A stretch of DNA of 36,302 nt, from UHGV virus genome UHGV-0197770; one strand, 5' to 3'. Shown piece by piece: positions 16,354 through 26,723 of the stretch (positions within the stretch are counted from its first letter, which is position 1; each line of letters opens with the position of its first letter). The notes below the pieces were generated by a model that was given only the letters and a program-made list of their open reading frames with translations, made no database searches and was not told the DNA's origin. The position numbers and the translations under genes are program-made. Origin of the DNA: a virus.

Positions 16354-16902
16354 ATGGGACGTCGCAGCAGCATTGATTCTCTGCCGACGGAGGTCCGCCG
16401 CTGGCTGGAGCGGGCACTGACGGAGAATAACTTCAGTGGATATGCCCGGCTGGAAGCCCTGCTGAAGGAGAAGGGATACGTCATCACCCGCTCTTCCCTG
16501 CAGCGGTTTGGCTACAAAATGGAGCGACAACTGGCCCGCATCCGCGCCGCCACCGAGGCCGCGCGTCTGATGGCACAGGAAGCCGGTGACGAGGCGGACG
16601 ATCGTTCTGCCGGGATGATGGCACTTATTCAGACCGAGATGCTGGATGTTCTGATGCGTCTGCAGGAAATCGGGGAAAATGATGACCCTGCAAAACGCGC
16701 AAAACTGCTGGCCACTGCTTCGGAAAGTATAGCCACACTGGTACGTGCTTCGGTGACCCACAAGCGATTCCGGGCCGAGGTACTGGCAAAAATTGAGGCG
16801 CGGATGAATGCTCTGGAAAAACAGGCGAAGTCCGGCGACACCCGCCTGAGTCTGGAAACCCTGAAGATGGTGCGGGAACAGATTTACGGGGTGATCTCAT
16901 GA
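16354..16902 (+). CDS. Terminase small subunit-like protein (Mu gp27 / DUF3486-like)
   Basis: N-terminus GRRSSIDSLPTEVRRWLERALTENNFSGY resembles Mu gp27 family; directly precedes large terminase with overlapping stop/start. Confidence 0.55.
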   Translation: MGRRSSIDSLPTEVRRWLERALTENNFSGYARLEALLKEKGYVITRSSLQRFGYKMERQLARIRAATEAARLMAQEAGDEADDRSAGMMALIQTEMLDVLMRLQEIGENDDPAKRAKLLATASESIATLVRASVTHKRFRAEVLAKIEARMNALEKQAKSGDTRLSLETLKMVREQIYGVIS

Positions 16903-18215
16903 CAGCAGCCATTCAGCTGTATCCCTACCAGCAGGCGTGGTTTCTGGATCGTGCCCGTTTCAAGATTGGCATGTTTGCCCGCCAGACGGGCAAGACGTTC
17001 ACCACCACGCTGGAACTGGTTGATGACTGTTTTGAAACAGAGGCATCAGGGGGACGCACTCGCTGGGTGATCCTATCGCGTGGGGAGCGTCAGGCAAAAG
17101 AAGCCATGGTGGAGGGGGTGAAAAAACACTGCAGCGCCTACCGGATGGCGGCCCGTGAGGTGGAAAGTTATTACCGTGCTGAAAGCGGCGAACGCTACAC
17201 CATGCTTGAGGTGGAGTTACCCGGTGGCTCCCGTATCACGGCCCTGCCGGCAAATCCCGACACGGCACGTGGGTTTGCGGCTAACGTCTTTCTGGATGAG
17301 TTCGCCTTCCATGCCGACAGTCGCAAAATCTGGACCGCCCTGTTTCCGGTCATTTCCAACGGCTACAGACTGCGTGTGACATCGACGCCGAACGGCAAGG
17401 GAAACAAGTTTTATGAACTGATGACCAGCAACGCCCTTGAAAATGTCTGGTCACGTCACATCGTGGATATTTACCGTGCCGTGCGCGACGGCCTTCCGCG
17501 TGACATTGCACAGATGCGACAGGCGCTCAACGATGATGACGCCTGGGCACAGGAGTTTGAACTGAAGTGGCTGGATGAGGCATCGGCCTGGCTGACGTTT
17601 GAACTGATTGACGGCGTGGAGCACGATGCTGCCGGACTGCCGGTGCACTATACGGGTGGCCCCTGCTTTGTGGGGGTGGATATTGCTGTCCGTAATGACC
17701 TGTTTGTGATCTGGGTGCTTGAACAGGTGGGGGATGTCTACTGGACCCGGGAAATCATCACCCGTAAACGGGCCACCTTTGCTGAGCAGGATGCTTTGCT
17801 GGATGACGTATTTTTCCGTTATCGCGTGCTGCGCTGCTGTATGGATCAGACAGGAATGGGGGAAAAGCCTGTGGAAGATGCTCAGGAGCGCCACGGCAGG
17901 AGTCGTGTGGAGGGGGTGATATTTAACAGCCCGAACAAGCTCACCCTCGCGACCCGTGGCAGGGAGATGTTTGAGGACCGCCGCCTGCGTATTCCGGCGG
18001 GAGATGTGGTACTGCGCAGTGATCTGCATAAACTCCGTAAGATCACCGGACCTACCGGAGCGCCTCGCTTTGTGGCGGAAAGTGATGCAGCAGGTCACGC
18101 CGACCGTACATGGGCCTGTTTTCTGGCTATTAACGCCACTGACGGACCGTCAGGGCCGGTGGTGGCGCGTTCGCGCCGCCGCCGTGAAGCCGCCCGCATG
18201 CTGGAGGGATTCTGA
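16899..18215 (+). CDS. Terminase large subunit (Mu gp28-like)
   Basis: 438 aa; Walker A-like FARQTGKT; position before portal. Confidence 0.75.
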   Translation: MTAAIQLYPYQQAWFLDRARFKIGMFARQTGKTFTTTLELVDDCFETEASGGRTRWVILSRGERQAKEAMVEGVKKHCSAYRMAAREVESYYRAESGERYTMLEVELPGGSRITALPANPDTARGFAANVFLDEFAFHADSRKIWTALFPVISNGYRLRVTSTPNGKGNKFYELMTSNALENVWSRHIVDIYRAVRDGLPRDIAQMRQALNDDDAWAQEFELKWLDEASAWLTFELIDGVEHDAAGLPVHYTGGPCFVGVDIAVRNDLFVIWVLEQVGDVYWTREIITRKRATFAEQDALLDDVFFRYRVLRCCMDQTGMGEKPVEDAQERHGRSRVEGVIFNSPNKLTLATRGREMFEDRRLRIPAGDVVLRSDLHKLRKITGPTGAPRFVAESDAAGHADRTWACFLAINATDGPSGPVVARSRRRREAARMLEGF

Positions 18216-19711
18216 TGGCAAAAGGTATCTGGGTTTCACCCGATGAGTTCGTGGCGTTCACCGAACCCAAAAAATCACTGACCGCGCAGATTGCCTCGCG
18301 CAGTCGCGCCATCGACTTTTACGCTCTGGGAATGTACCTGCCCAACCCTGATCCCATTCTCAAGGCTCAGGGACGGGATATCCGTATCTACCGCGAACTG
18401 CGCACCGACCCGCTGGTCGGGGGCTGTATCCGCAGACGTAAAGCAGCGCTCAAATCACTGGAGCGTGGACTGGAGCGCGGTCACGCTTCTGCCCGGGTCT
18501 TCCGTTTCATCCGCGACATGCTCGACGATCTGGATCTGTCCCGCATCATCGGTGAGATGAGCGATGCCGTGCTCTACGGGTATCAGCCCTGTGAAATCAT
18601 GTGGGGCCGTTCGGTCAGGGCGTGGGCGGTGACGGATATTGTCGGCAAACCGCCTGAGTGGTTTCAGTTTGATACGGACAACTGCCTGCGCTTCCGGGCG
18701 CGTGATGCGGGTGTGGAGGGTGAGCTGCTGTCACCGTCAAAATTCGTGGTGCCGGCACAGGATGCCTCGTATGACAATCCTTACGGTTTCCCTGACCTGT
18801 CCATGTGCTTCTGGCCGGTCGCCTTCAAGAAAGGCGGGATGAAATTCTGGCTCCGCTTTGCCGAAAAGTTTGGCTCCCCATGGGTGATCGGTAAGCACCC
18901 GAGGGGTGCAAATGATGCAGAGATTGAAAAACTGCTGGACTCCATGGAGCAGATGGTGGAGGACGCGGTGGCCGCCATCCCCGATGACAGCAGCATCGAA
19001 CTCAAAGCCGCGGATGGCAAGGCGGACAGCAGCGAGGTATTCCGCGAGCTGATCACGCTGTCACGCAGTGAGATCTCCATTGCATTACTCGGTCAGAATC
19101 AGACCACGGAAGCGAACAGTAACAAGGCCTCTGCACAGGCCGGGCTGGAGGTAACGGCTGATATCCGCGATGCGGATGCGGACATCATTCAGGCGGCAGT
19201 GAATCAGGTCATCAGAACGGTGGTCACCCTGAACTTCGGCGATGTGCCGTGTCCGGTCTGGGCCATGTGGGAACAGGAGGCCATTGATGACACCCGTGCC
19301 ACCCGCGACGAAAAACTCACCCGGGCGGGTCTGCGTCTGACCCCGCAATACTTCAAGCGTGAGTACCAGCTGCAGGACGGCGATATTGACGAGACACCAC
19401 CGTCAGAACGCGAGAAGAACATGCTGCCGCTGTCATTTGCCGAGGCGATTGATGCCGATATTCAGGCTCAGCAGCAGCTTGACGACGCGCTGGACATTCT
19501 GATGAACGGAGGTGTGTTAAATGGCACGCTGGAACCCGTCCTGGCACCTCTGTTTAAGCGGGTCGAAAACGGGGTTAACCCGTCTGAGCTGCTGGGCGAA
19601 CTGGCGGAGCTCTACCCTCAGATGAACACGGACGATCTGCAGGAACGGCTGGCCCGCATTCTCTTTGTGGCAAATATCTGGGGGCGTCTGCATGAGCGTG
19701 ACAACGGCTGA
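18215..19711 (+). CDS. Portal protein (Mu gp29 / DUF935-like)
   Basis: 498 aa directly after terminase with 1-nt TGATG overlap; size and position typical of Mu-like portal. Confidence 0.7.
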   Translation: MAKGIWVSPDEFVAFTEPKKSLTAQIASRSRAIDFYALGMYLPNPDPILKAQGRDIRIYRELRTDPLVGGCIRRRKAALKSLERGLERGHASARVFRFIRDMLDDLDLSRIIGEMSDAVLYGYQPCEIMWGRSVRAWAVTDIVGKPPEWFQFDTDNCLRFRARDAGVEGELLSPSKFVVPAQDASYDNPYGFPDLSMCFWPVAFKKGGMKFWLRFAEKFGSPWVIGKHPRGANDAEIEKLLDSMEQMVEDAVAAIPDDSSIELKAADGKADSSEVFRELITLSRSEISIALLGQNQTTEANSNKASAQAGLEVTADIRDADADIIQAAVNQVIRTVVTLNFGDVPCPVWAMWEQEAIDDTRATRDEKLTRAGLRLTPQYFKREYQLQDGDIDETPPSEREKNMLPLSFAEAIDADIQAQQQLDDALDILMNGGVLNGTLEPVLAPLFKRVENGVNPSELLGELAELYPQMNTDDLQERLARILFVANIWGRLHERDNG

Positions 19712-20513
19712 ACTGGCGTACTGCATGACGCTTCCCCCGAAGCGGGCAGTCAGTTACCTGAAGTCCAAAGGGTATCAGATTACCTGGGACTGGGAAGAAA
19801 TGTGGCAGGAAGCCCATGCCCGCGCCTTTACCGTCGCTAAAGTGACCCGCCTGGATATTCTGGAAGATATTCGCGGGGCACTGCAGCAGGCTGTCGATGA
19901 AGGAAAAACCGATCGCTGGTTCCGGCAGGAGCTGGAGCCGGTGCTGAAGCGTAAGGGATGGTGGGGACCACGTGACACGACTGACCCGGTAACGGGTGAG
20001 CCGGTCACCATTCAGCAGGGCAGCCCGTGGCGGCTCGACACCATCTTTCGCACCAATATGTCCGTACTCTACAGCGCCGGTCGTTGGGCGGAGCAGATGG
20101 AAAACGTCGACGACAGGCCGTACTGGATGTATACCGGCATCAACGACAGCCATACCCGCAGGAGCCATCTGGCGCTGCATGGTCTGGTGCTGCGCTGGGA
20201 TGACCCGTTCTGGCAGGCATTTTACCCGCCGAACGGCTGGCGCTGCCGCTGTAGTGTGATTGCCCTGAGTGCGGCGGATGTACGTGCCCGTGGCCTGAAG
20301 GTTATCAGCTCCGGCTCTGCCATGGGCCAGGAACTGAAACTGGTCTCAGAGAAAACCGGCGAAATGCGGAACGTGGCCACCTTTAATACCGGCACCACGA
20401 AGGTGACCACCGACGTCGGCTGGTCTTATGCACCGGGGGCAGCATACCGTCCCGACCTGGCCCGCTATCAGGGTACGCTTCAGCCACTGGCACAACAGGA
20501 ACTGAGAGGATAA
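19692..20513 (+). CDS. Head morphogenesis protein (Mu F / gp30-like)
   Basis: ATG at 19692 preferred over upstream TTG; position after portal. Confidence 0.6.
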   Translation: MSVTTAELAYCMTLPPKRAVSYLKSKGYQITWDWEEMWQEAHARAFTVAKVTRLDILEDIRGALQQAVDEGKTDRWFRQELEPVLKRKGWWGPRDTTDPVTGEPVTIQQGSPWRLDTIFRTNMSVLYSAGRWAEQMENVDDRPYWMYTGINDSHTRRSHLALHGLVLRWDDPFWQAFYPPNGWRCRCSVIALSAADVRARGLKVISSGSAMGQELKLVSEKTGEMRNVATFNTGTTKVTTDVGWSYAPGAAYRPDLARYQGTLQPLAQQELRG

Positions 20514-20515
20514 CA

Positions 20516-20974
20516 ATGGCTTCCGATAACCTGGTCAGTATCACCATTAACGATAAATCCCTGCGCCGGAGCCTCCGTGCGCTGGATCTTGCTGCCACAG
20601 ACCTGGAGCCCGCGATGCGCAAAATTGCCGGAACCCTGCTGGCGGAAACACAGTTTAACTTTCTTGATGAGGGGCGTCCGGGGTGGATGCCCTCGCTGGC
20701 AGCGGAAGAACGTGACGGGCAGACACTGCAGGATACCGGGCGTCTGATGGGGTCAGTATCAACCGACCATGATGACCGGCAGGCTGTTGTGGGGACCAAC
20801 GTTGTTTACGGTGCCATTCACCAGTTCGGGGGTAAAACGGGGCGTAATGAGTCTGTTGAACTTCCGGCCCGCCCGTTCCTGCCGGTGACGGGGGATGGAG
20901 AACTACAGCCTGAAGTGGTAATCCCCATCCTCGATACCATTGTCCGCCATCTTGAATCAGCGGCCCGTCGCTGA
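20516..20974 (+). CDS. Virion morphogenesis protein (Mu G-like)
   Basis: 152 aa; motif VVGTNVVYGAIHQFGG...ARPFL fits the Mu G family; position after F. Confidence 0.6.
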   Translation: MASDNLVSITINDKSLRRSLRALDLAATDLEPAMRKIAGTLLAETQFNFLDEGRPGWMPSLAAEERDGQTLQDTGRLMGSVSTDHDDRQAVVGTNVVYGAIHQFGGKTGRNESVELPARPFLPVTGDGELQPEVVIPILDTIVRHLESAARR

Positions 20975-21017
20975 GTTTTCTCTCTTCAGGCGGGTGATTT
21001 ATCATTGCCAGCGAATG

Positions 21018-21060
21018 AGGGGCTGTATTACCTTTATAAAGGCTTTACAGCCTCTGTTTT
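21018..21060 (+). terminator. Hairpin plus T-run after G gene (candidate terminator)
   Basis: GGCTGTA / TACAGCC stem enclosing palindrome CCTTTATAAAGG, followed by CTGTTTTAT. Confidence 0.45.
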
Positions 21061-21119
21061 ATAACCGCTTCCGGTTCACCGCATTGCTTTCCCTGTCCTT
21101 CTCCCCTGATGTTTTCTAA

Positions 21120-21140
21120 AGCAGATTAAAATCGCCGGGC
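21120..21140 (+). promoter_or_regulatory. Candidate late promoter (copy 2) upstream of protease/scaffold gene
   Basis: GATTAAAATCGCCGGG about 55 nt upstream of ATG 21189, preceded by CTTCTCCC; 214-bp intergenic gap. Confidence 0.4.
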
Positions 21141-21188
21141 CTGCATTTCTCACAAACTGTCTCCGACAACATAACGCGGGACAGCAAA

Positions 21189-22304
21189 ATGTCAGCCATT
21201 CACATTTTTAAAGCCGGTACTCATACCGATATGCACGGCAAAAAACTGCCGTTCACGCCAGACGATCTTGCCGCCTGCGTGAAAGCCTATGACCCGTCCG
21301 TCCATGAAGCACCACTCGTGATTGGTCATCCCAGAACGGAAGACCCGGCGTGGGGCTGGGTGAAAGCCCTGTCGCTCAGCGGCGTCGATCTGATGGCAGA
21401 GCCTGCCCAGCTGGACCCGCAGTTTGCTGAGATGGTCACCAACGGACGATTCAAAAAAGTGTCCGCCTCTTTCTACCTCCCGGATTCACCGTCCAATCCG
21501 AAGCCCGGCGTGCTCTACCTGCGCCATGTGGGCTTTCTCGGGGCACAGCCACCTTCCGTCAAGGGGCTGAAACAGGTGTCCTTCAGTGAGCAGGAAGAAG
21601 GTGTGGTGGAGTTCGCCGACTGGCAGGCCATCACGAATGCCTCCCTGTGGGGAAAGCTGCGCGATTTTCTGATCGCCCGCTTCAGTCTGGACGAAGCAGA
21701 AAAAGTCCTGCCGGAATGGCAGCTCAACAATCTGCGCGAAGAGGCGTACCGCGACGCACCGTCGCAGGATGCAGCAGGTGCACAATTCAGTGAGACAGGC
21801 CAGGTGCCGTCTTCCGCAAGTAACGAGGAATCATCGATGACAAAAGAAGAGATTGAAGCCCTTCAGGAGGAGAACCGCCGCCTGAAGCAGCAGGCTGCTG
21901 ATCGCGATGCGCGTGATGCACAGGCCAGACAGGAGCAACTGCATAAGGACAATGTGGCCTTTGCAGAAAAACTGGTCGCAGAGGGGCGTCTGGCTCCCCG
22001 CGCCTCCTCCGTGGTGGTTGCCCTGCTGGATGCCGTCGCCGGTGGCGACAAGCCGGTGGAGTTTGCTGAGGGGGAAAGCCGCACGCCGCTGGCCACCGCC
22101 TTCCGTTCATTGCTCTCCGACGGGGAGCCGGTGATGAATTTCGCCGAACAGGCCACAAAGGAGCGTGTCGGCGACACGGTGAAGGTGGATGTGGCGGAGT
22201 TTGCGGAAGCCGATCCTGAGCGTCTGGCCCTGCATCAGAAAGCAGTGGCCCTGTCCAAAAAAGAAGGCATCAGCTATGAGGCTGCTGTCGCACGCTGCCT
22301 GTAA
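21189..22304 (+). CDS. Head protease/scaffold protein (Mu I-like)
   Basis: 371 aa with acidic coiled-coil C-terminal half; directly upstream of major capsid gene. Confidence 0.55.
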   Translation: MSAIHIFKAGTHTDMHGKKLPFTPDDLAACVKAYDPSVHEAPLVIGHPRTEDPAWGWVKALSLSGVDLMAEPAQLDPQFAEMVTNGRFKKVSASFYLPDSPSNPKPGVLYLRHVGFLGAQPPSVKGLKQVSFSEQEEGVVEFADWQAITNASLWGKLRDFLIARFSLDEAEKVLPEWQLNNLREEAYRDAPSQDAAGAQFSETGQVPSSASNEESSMTKEEIEALQEENRRLKQQAADRDARDAQARQEQLHKDNVAFAEKLVAEGRLAPRASSVVVALLDAVAGGDKPVEFAEGESRTPLATAFRSLLSDGEPVMNFAEQATKERVGDTVKVDVAEFAEADPERLALHQKAVALSKKEGISYEAAVARCL

Positions 22305-22318
22305 TTTAAGGAGAAATC

Positions 22319-23272
22319 ATGTCTGATTACTTAAAAGGTAAACGTGTCGTTGATCCGGTACTGACCAGTATCGCCCGAGGCTATAAAAATGCCGCATTCA
22401 TTGGCGAACGTATTTTCCCCGTCGTGCTGACGGACAAGGAAGGCGTGCGTGTGCCGACCTTCGGGAAAACCGCCTTTGTGGAATATGACACTGAGCGTGC
22501 CGTCGGGGCGGACAGCAATGTTCTGGTCCGTGAGAAAACCGGCACACTGGATCTGGTGCTGGGTGAACACGATCTGGCAGCACCGGTGGATTACCGCGAA
22601 CAGGCGGAGTCCATGTTTAACGAAGAGAGCAAGGCCATCCGTCGCGCCACGAATGGCGTGAACCTGCGCCGTGAACTTATCGCCGCCCGTCTGGCTCAGG
22701 ATCAAAAGGTCTACCGTACCGGGCACGTTAAAAAACTGACAGCCAGTGATCGCTGGGCCGGTGGTAAGGGGGACCCCATCGGGGTGATTGAAGCCGGTAT
22801 GGAAGCGGTCCGTACGGCCACGGGGCTGCGTCCTAACCTGATGACCATGGGTGCCGGCGTGATGGCGCTGCTGAAGTTCCATCCGGCACTTCAGGCTGCC
22901 ATCGGAGCCAACGAACGCAAGCGCATCACCACAGAAATCCTGCAGGACCTCTTTCAGATCGAAGAGATCGTCATCGGTGCGCCTGTCTCCCTGCCGTCCA
23001 TGAAAGCGGCAATGGATAAGGACAGCGTGCCGGCGGATATCTGGGGAGACAACCTGATGCTGCACTATGTCGGCAAACCGCAGCCCGGGGCGGACAGCGC
23101 GGACGAGAACGAGCCGTCCTTCGGCTACACCCTGCGTCGTAAGGGGATGCCTGTTGCTGACAAATACGACGGAGCCGGTGGCAAGGTGAAGTACTGCCGT
23201 TATACCGATATCTACAAAGTCGCCGTGGTTGGTGGCGATGCCGGGTATCTCATCACCGGTATCAGTAAATAA
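22319..23272 (+). CDS. Major capsid protein (Mu T-like)
   Basis: 317 aa following protease/scaffold gene; AAGGAGA RBS. Confidence 0.6.
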   Translation: MSDYLKGKRVVDPVLTSIARGYKNAAFIGERIFPVVLTDKEGVRVPTFGKTAFVEYDTERAVGADSNVLVREKTGTLDLVLGEHDLAAPVDYREQAESMFNEESKAIRRATNGVNLRRELIAARLAQDQKVYRTGHVKKLTASDRWAGGKGDPIGVIEAGMEAVRTATGLRPNLMTMGAGVMALLKFHPALQAAIGANERKRITTEILQDLFQIEEIVIGAPVSLPSMKAAMDKDSVPADIWGDNLMLHYVGKPQPGADSADENEPSFGYTLRRKGMPVADKYDGAGGKVKYCRYTDIYKVAVVGGDAGYLITGISK

Positions 23273-23281
23273 GGAGGCGTT

Positions 23282-23620
23282 ATGGGAACCACTCAGCAGG
23301 TCATTCTGATCACAACCGTAACGGCAGGGGCCGCACTGACACAGCAGCGTTTTGTCGGGGCAGATAATACCCCCTGTAAAGCCGGTGCCGCAGCGCTCGG
23401 GGTTGCCGAAGTGGATGCTGTTACCGGCGACAGCACGCCGGTGAGCGTTCTGGGCATTATTGCTGTCGAGGCCGGGGCCGCTGTCAGCTGTGGTGTGGCT
23501 GTTCAGTCAGATGCTCAGGCCAGAGCCGTGCCGCAGTCCGGCGACGGTAAATCCTGTGGTATTGCACTTGATGAAGCCGGGGGTGAAGGCGACGTCATTC
23601 GTATCCTGCGCGGGGTGTGA
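23282..23620 (+). CDS. Small Gly/Ala-rich head protein (decoration/cement-like, DUF2190-like)
   Basis: 112 aa, beta-rich low-complexity composition; immediately after capsid gene. Confidence 0.45.
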   Translation: MGTTQQVILITTVTAGAALTQQRFVGADNTPCKAGAAALGVAEVDAVTGDSTPVSVLGIIAVEAGAAVSCGVAVQSDAQARAVPQSGDGKSCGIALDEAGGEGDVIRILRGV

Positions 23621-23621
23621 C

Positions 23622-24068
23622 ATGTACTGCACCCTGGAGGATTTGCTTGCGCAGGTGCCGGAGCGGACGCTTATCGAACTCACCAGTGAAGAGATGGACT
23701 TCGACTCGCCTGCAACAGTGAATACCCGTGTGGTGGACAGCTGTATCCGCTATGCCGACGAGCTGATTGATGCCCATCTGCGCGGACGCTATATCCTGCC
23801 ACTGGCAGAGATACCGACTGTTCTGCGGGACATTGCCATCACGCTGGTCCGTTACCGGCTCTACGCCCGCCGCCCGGAAGGTGACCTCCCGGATACGGTG
23901 AAGGATGACCACAAAGAAGCGCTGCGGCAACTCAGGGAGTTACGTGATAACAGGCTCACGCTGGGGCTGCCGTCCACTCAGAAAGATGTGCCTGAGCCTG
24001 GCGAGTTTCGTGTACGCAGTCGCCCGGCCACTTTCGGCGGTCGTGACGGTTTACTGGAGAAATACTGA
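23622..24068 (+). CDS. Head-tail joining protein (Mu gp36 / DUF1320-like)
   Basis: Start at MYCTLEDLL 1 nt after upstream stop; longer upstream ORF overlaps previous gene and is discounted. Confidence 0.5.
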   Translation: MYCTLEDLLAQVPERTLIELTSEEMDFDSPATVNTRVVDSCIRYADELIDAHLRGRYILPLAEIPTVLRDIAITLVRYRLYARRPEGDLPDTVKDDHKEALRQLRELRDNRLTLGLPSTQKDVPEPGEFRVRSRPATFGGRDGLLEKY

Positions 24069-24532
24069 TGAACGTTCTACCCGTCCTTGATGCGGTACTG
24101 GCCCGGTTACGCGAGAAGCTGCCGCAACTGCAGGTGGAGTACTTCCCGGAGAAACCGGCTGAATATCGCCTGAACCATCCGGTTGGCGCGTTGCTGTTGA
24201 GCTATGCCGGTTCGCGCTTTGACAGGCCGGATGATACCGGTGCGGTGATCCAGTCTCAGACTATCCAGCTCTGCGTCACGGTGGTCTTCCGCCAGCTCAA
24301 CGGTAAAAAAGGGGCGATTAATGTCCTGGATGCTGTCCGCCGCATTCTCGGTGGCCACACCCCGCCCGGCTGCCGCCGCCGTATCTGGCTGACCCGCGAG
24401 GTGTTTATCGGTGAAGTCAGGGGGCTGTGGCAGTACGCCCTCGACTTCGCGACTGAAAGCGTCTTTATCGAAGACAGCGATTTACCGTCCGGCCCGCTGT
24501 TAACCGAAGTGAACTATGAGGAAAGCGAGTGA
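24068..24532 (+). CDS. Tail completion protein (Mu gp37 / DUF1834-like)
   Basis: 154 aa; overlapping stop/start in late operon. Confidence 0.5.
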   Translation: MNVLPVLDAVLARLREKLPQLQVEYFPEKPAEYRLNHPVGALLLSYAGSRFDRPDDTGAVIQSQTIQLCVTVVFRQLNGKKGAINVLDAVRRILGGHTPPGCRRRIWLTREVFIGEVRGLWQYALDFATESVFIEDSDLPSGPLLTEVNYEESE

Positions 24533-24783
24533 TGAAAGAATACCGCTATTCCGGCCCGGCCAGCGGCGTCACGCTGTCGGACGGAACCGAAATCCTGCTC
24601 TGGCCGGGGAAGACGGTTTCCCTGCCGGAGGAGCATGACTACGTGAAGGTACTGGTGGCGCTGAAACATCTGACGCCGGTACCTGAAGAGACTAAACCCG
24701 CCGGCACACCGGCTGTGCAGTCACCAAAGCGCAGAAGCAGCAGTGACAGCGAAGTGAAAACGGAGGACACCCATGGCAGCTAA
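24529..24783 (+). CDS. Hypothetical structural-module protein (84 aa)
   Basis: ATGA overlap with upstream gene; precedes sheath gene. Confidence 0.4.
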   Translation: MMKEYRYSGPASGVTLSDGTEILLWPGKTVSLPEEHDYVKVLVALKHLTPVPEETKPAGTPAVQSPKRRSSSDSEVKTEDTHGS

Positions 24784-26200
24784 CTATCTGCATGGTCCCG
24801 AAACCATTGAGGTGGAAAACGGTGCCCGCCCGGTTAAAACGGTGAAATCTGCCGTTATTGGCCTGATTGGTACCGCCCCGATGGGGGATGTCAATACGCT
24901 GGTACAGTGCCTGTCTGAGAAAGACGCAGCGGCATTTGGCAGCCAGTTCACCGGCTTTACCATTCCGCAGGCGCTGGATGCGATTTATGACCATGGTGCA
25001 GGTACCGTTCTGGTCATTAACGTCCTCGACCCGGCGAAACATAAAACGGCGATCGAGGATGAGGTGGTTACCTTTGACAAATCGACAGGGCAGGCCAGAC
25101 TGGCGCATCCGGTTGTCGCTAATGTGGTGGTGAAAAACAGTGAAGGCAGCACCTCCCACACGGCGAACACGGACTACCGTGTTGATGCGCAGGCGGGTGT
25201 GCTCACGAACCTGGGCAAGGCTATTGAGGCCGGTGGCAGCGTGAAGGTGAGCTATGAGTACGCGGACCCGTCGAAGGTGACTGCGGCGGACATCATCGGC
25301 GGGGTGAACAGCGCCGGAAACCGAACCGGCATGAAGCTGCTTAACGACAGCTTCAACCTGTACGGCTATTTCGCCAAAATTCTGATTGCGCCGGTGTTCT
25401 GCACCCAGAAGAGTGTCGCAGTTGAGCTTATCGCCATGGCAGAGAAGCTGGGCGCGGTAACCTACATTGATGCGCCTGTCGGTACCACCTTTGCACAGGC
25501 TCTGGCAGGTCGTGGCCCGGAAGGCACCATCAACTTCAATACCAGCTCCGACCGCGTCCGTCTGTGCTATCCGCATGTGAAGGTATATGACCCGGTGACA
25601 AACACAGAGCGTCTGGAGCCGCTCAGCCAGCGTGCAGCAGGTCTGCGTGCCAGAGTCGATCTGGACAAGGGCTACTGGTGGTCATCCTCCAATCAGGAGA
25701 TTCTGGGGATCACCGGCGTGGAGCGCCAGCTGTCCGCGATGATTGATGACCCGCAGAGTGAGGTGAACCTGCTTAACGAACAGGGGATCACCACGGTATT
25801 CAGCAGTTACGGCAGCGGCCTTCGTCTGTGGGGTAACCGGACGGCAGCATGGCCAACGGTCACCCATATGCGTAACTTTGAGAACGTTCGCCGCACCGGT
25901 GATGTGATCAACGAGTCCATTCGTTATTTCAGCCAGCAGTACATCGACATGCCGATTACTCAGGCGCTGATTGATGCACTGACGGAGTCGGTCAACGCCT
26001 ACGGTCGCAAAATGACTGGTGATGGTGCGGTACTGGGCTTCCGTTGCTGGTTTGATCCGGCCCGCAATCCGGAGACGGAGCTGGCCGCCGGGCACCTGTT
26101 GCTGAGCTACAAATATACGCCACCACCGCCGCTGGAGCGACTGACGTTTGAGACTGAGATCACCTCGGAATACCTGTTAACCCTGAAAGGGGGCAACTGA
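24773..26200 (+). CDS. Tail sheath protein (P2 FI / Mu L-like)
   Basis: N-terminus MAANYLHGPETIEVENGARPVKTVKSAVIGLIGTAP parallels P2 FI N-terminus; 475 aa. Confidence 0.85.
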   Translation: MAANYLHGPETIEVENGARPVKTVKSAVIGLIGTAPMGDVNTLVQCLSEKDAAAFGSQFTGFTIPQALDAIYDHGAGTVLVINVLDPAKHKTAIEDEVVTFDKSTGQARLAHPVVANVVVKNSEGSTSHTANTDYRVDAQAGVLTNLGKAIEAGGSVKVSYEYADPSKVTAADIIGGVNSAGNRTGMKLLNDSFNLYGYFAKILIAPVFCTQKSVAVELIAMAEKLGAVTYIDAPVGTTFAQALAGRGPEGTINFNTSSDRVRLCYPHVKVYDPVTNTERLEPLSQRAAGLRARVDLDKGYWWSSSNQEILGITGVERQLSAMIDDPQSEVNLLNEQGITTVFSSYGSGLRLWGNRTAAWPTVTHMRNFENVRRTGDVINESIRYFSQQYIDMPITQALIDALTESVNAYGRKMTGDGAVLGFRCWFDPARNPETELAAGHLLLSYKYTPPPPLERLTFETEITSEYLLTLKGGN

Positions 26201-26721
26201 TGTCAAAGATTGAGATAAACCGCATCACGAATGCCAACATCTATCTGGATGGTACTAACCTGCTGGGACGGGCTGAGGAAGTTAAACTCCCCGATGTCTC
26301 CATGATTATGCAGGAACACAAGGCGCTGGGGATGGTGGGTAAGGTGGAACTCCCGGCTGGTTTTGACAAACTGGAAGGCGAAATCAAATGGAACAGCTTT
26401 TACCGCGATGCGATGCTGTCTGCCGCGAACCCGTACAGGTCGCTGGCACTGCAGTGTCGTTCCAGCGTCCAGCGCTACAGCTCGCAGGGGCTGATTGACG
26501 AAATCCCGCTGGTCACCTTCCTGACGATTATGTTCAAGAAGAACCCGCTGGGGACGTTCAAACAGCACGAGAACGCCGAGTTCTCCAGTAGCTTCACCTG
26601 CACGTATATCAGACAGGTACTGGATGGTGAAGAGCTGCTGCAACTGGACTATCTGGCCAACATCTTCCGGGTCGGCGGTGTTGATCAACTGACTGACTAC
26701 CGTATCAATATCGGGGGCTGA
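26200..26721 (+). CDS. Tail tube protein (P2 FII / Mu M-like)
   Basis: C-terminus CTYIRQVLDGEELLQLDYLANIFRVGGVDQLTDYRINIGG parallels P2 FII C-terminus. Confidence 0.85.
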   Translation: MSKIEINRITNANIYLDGTNLLGRAEEVKLPDVSMIMQEHKALGMVGKVELPAGFDKLEGEIKWNSFYRDAMLSAANPYRSLALQCRSSVQRYSSQGLIDEIPLVTFLTIMFKKNPLGTFKQHENAEFSSSFTCTYIRQVLDGEELLQLDYLANIFRVGGVDQLTDYRINIGG

Positions 26722-26723
26722 CG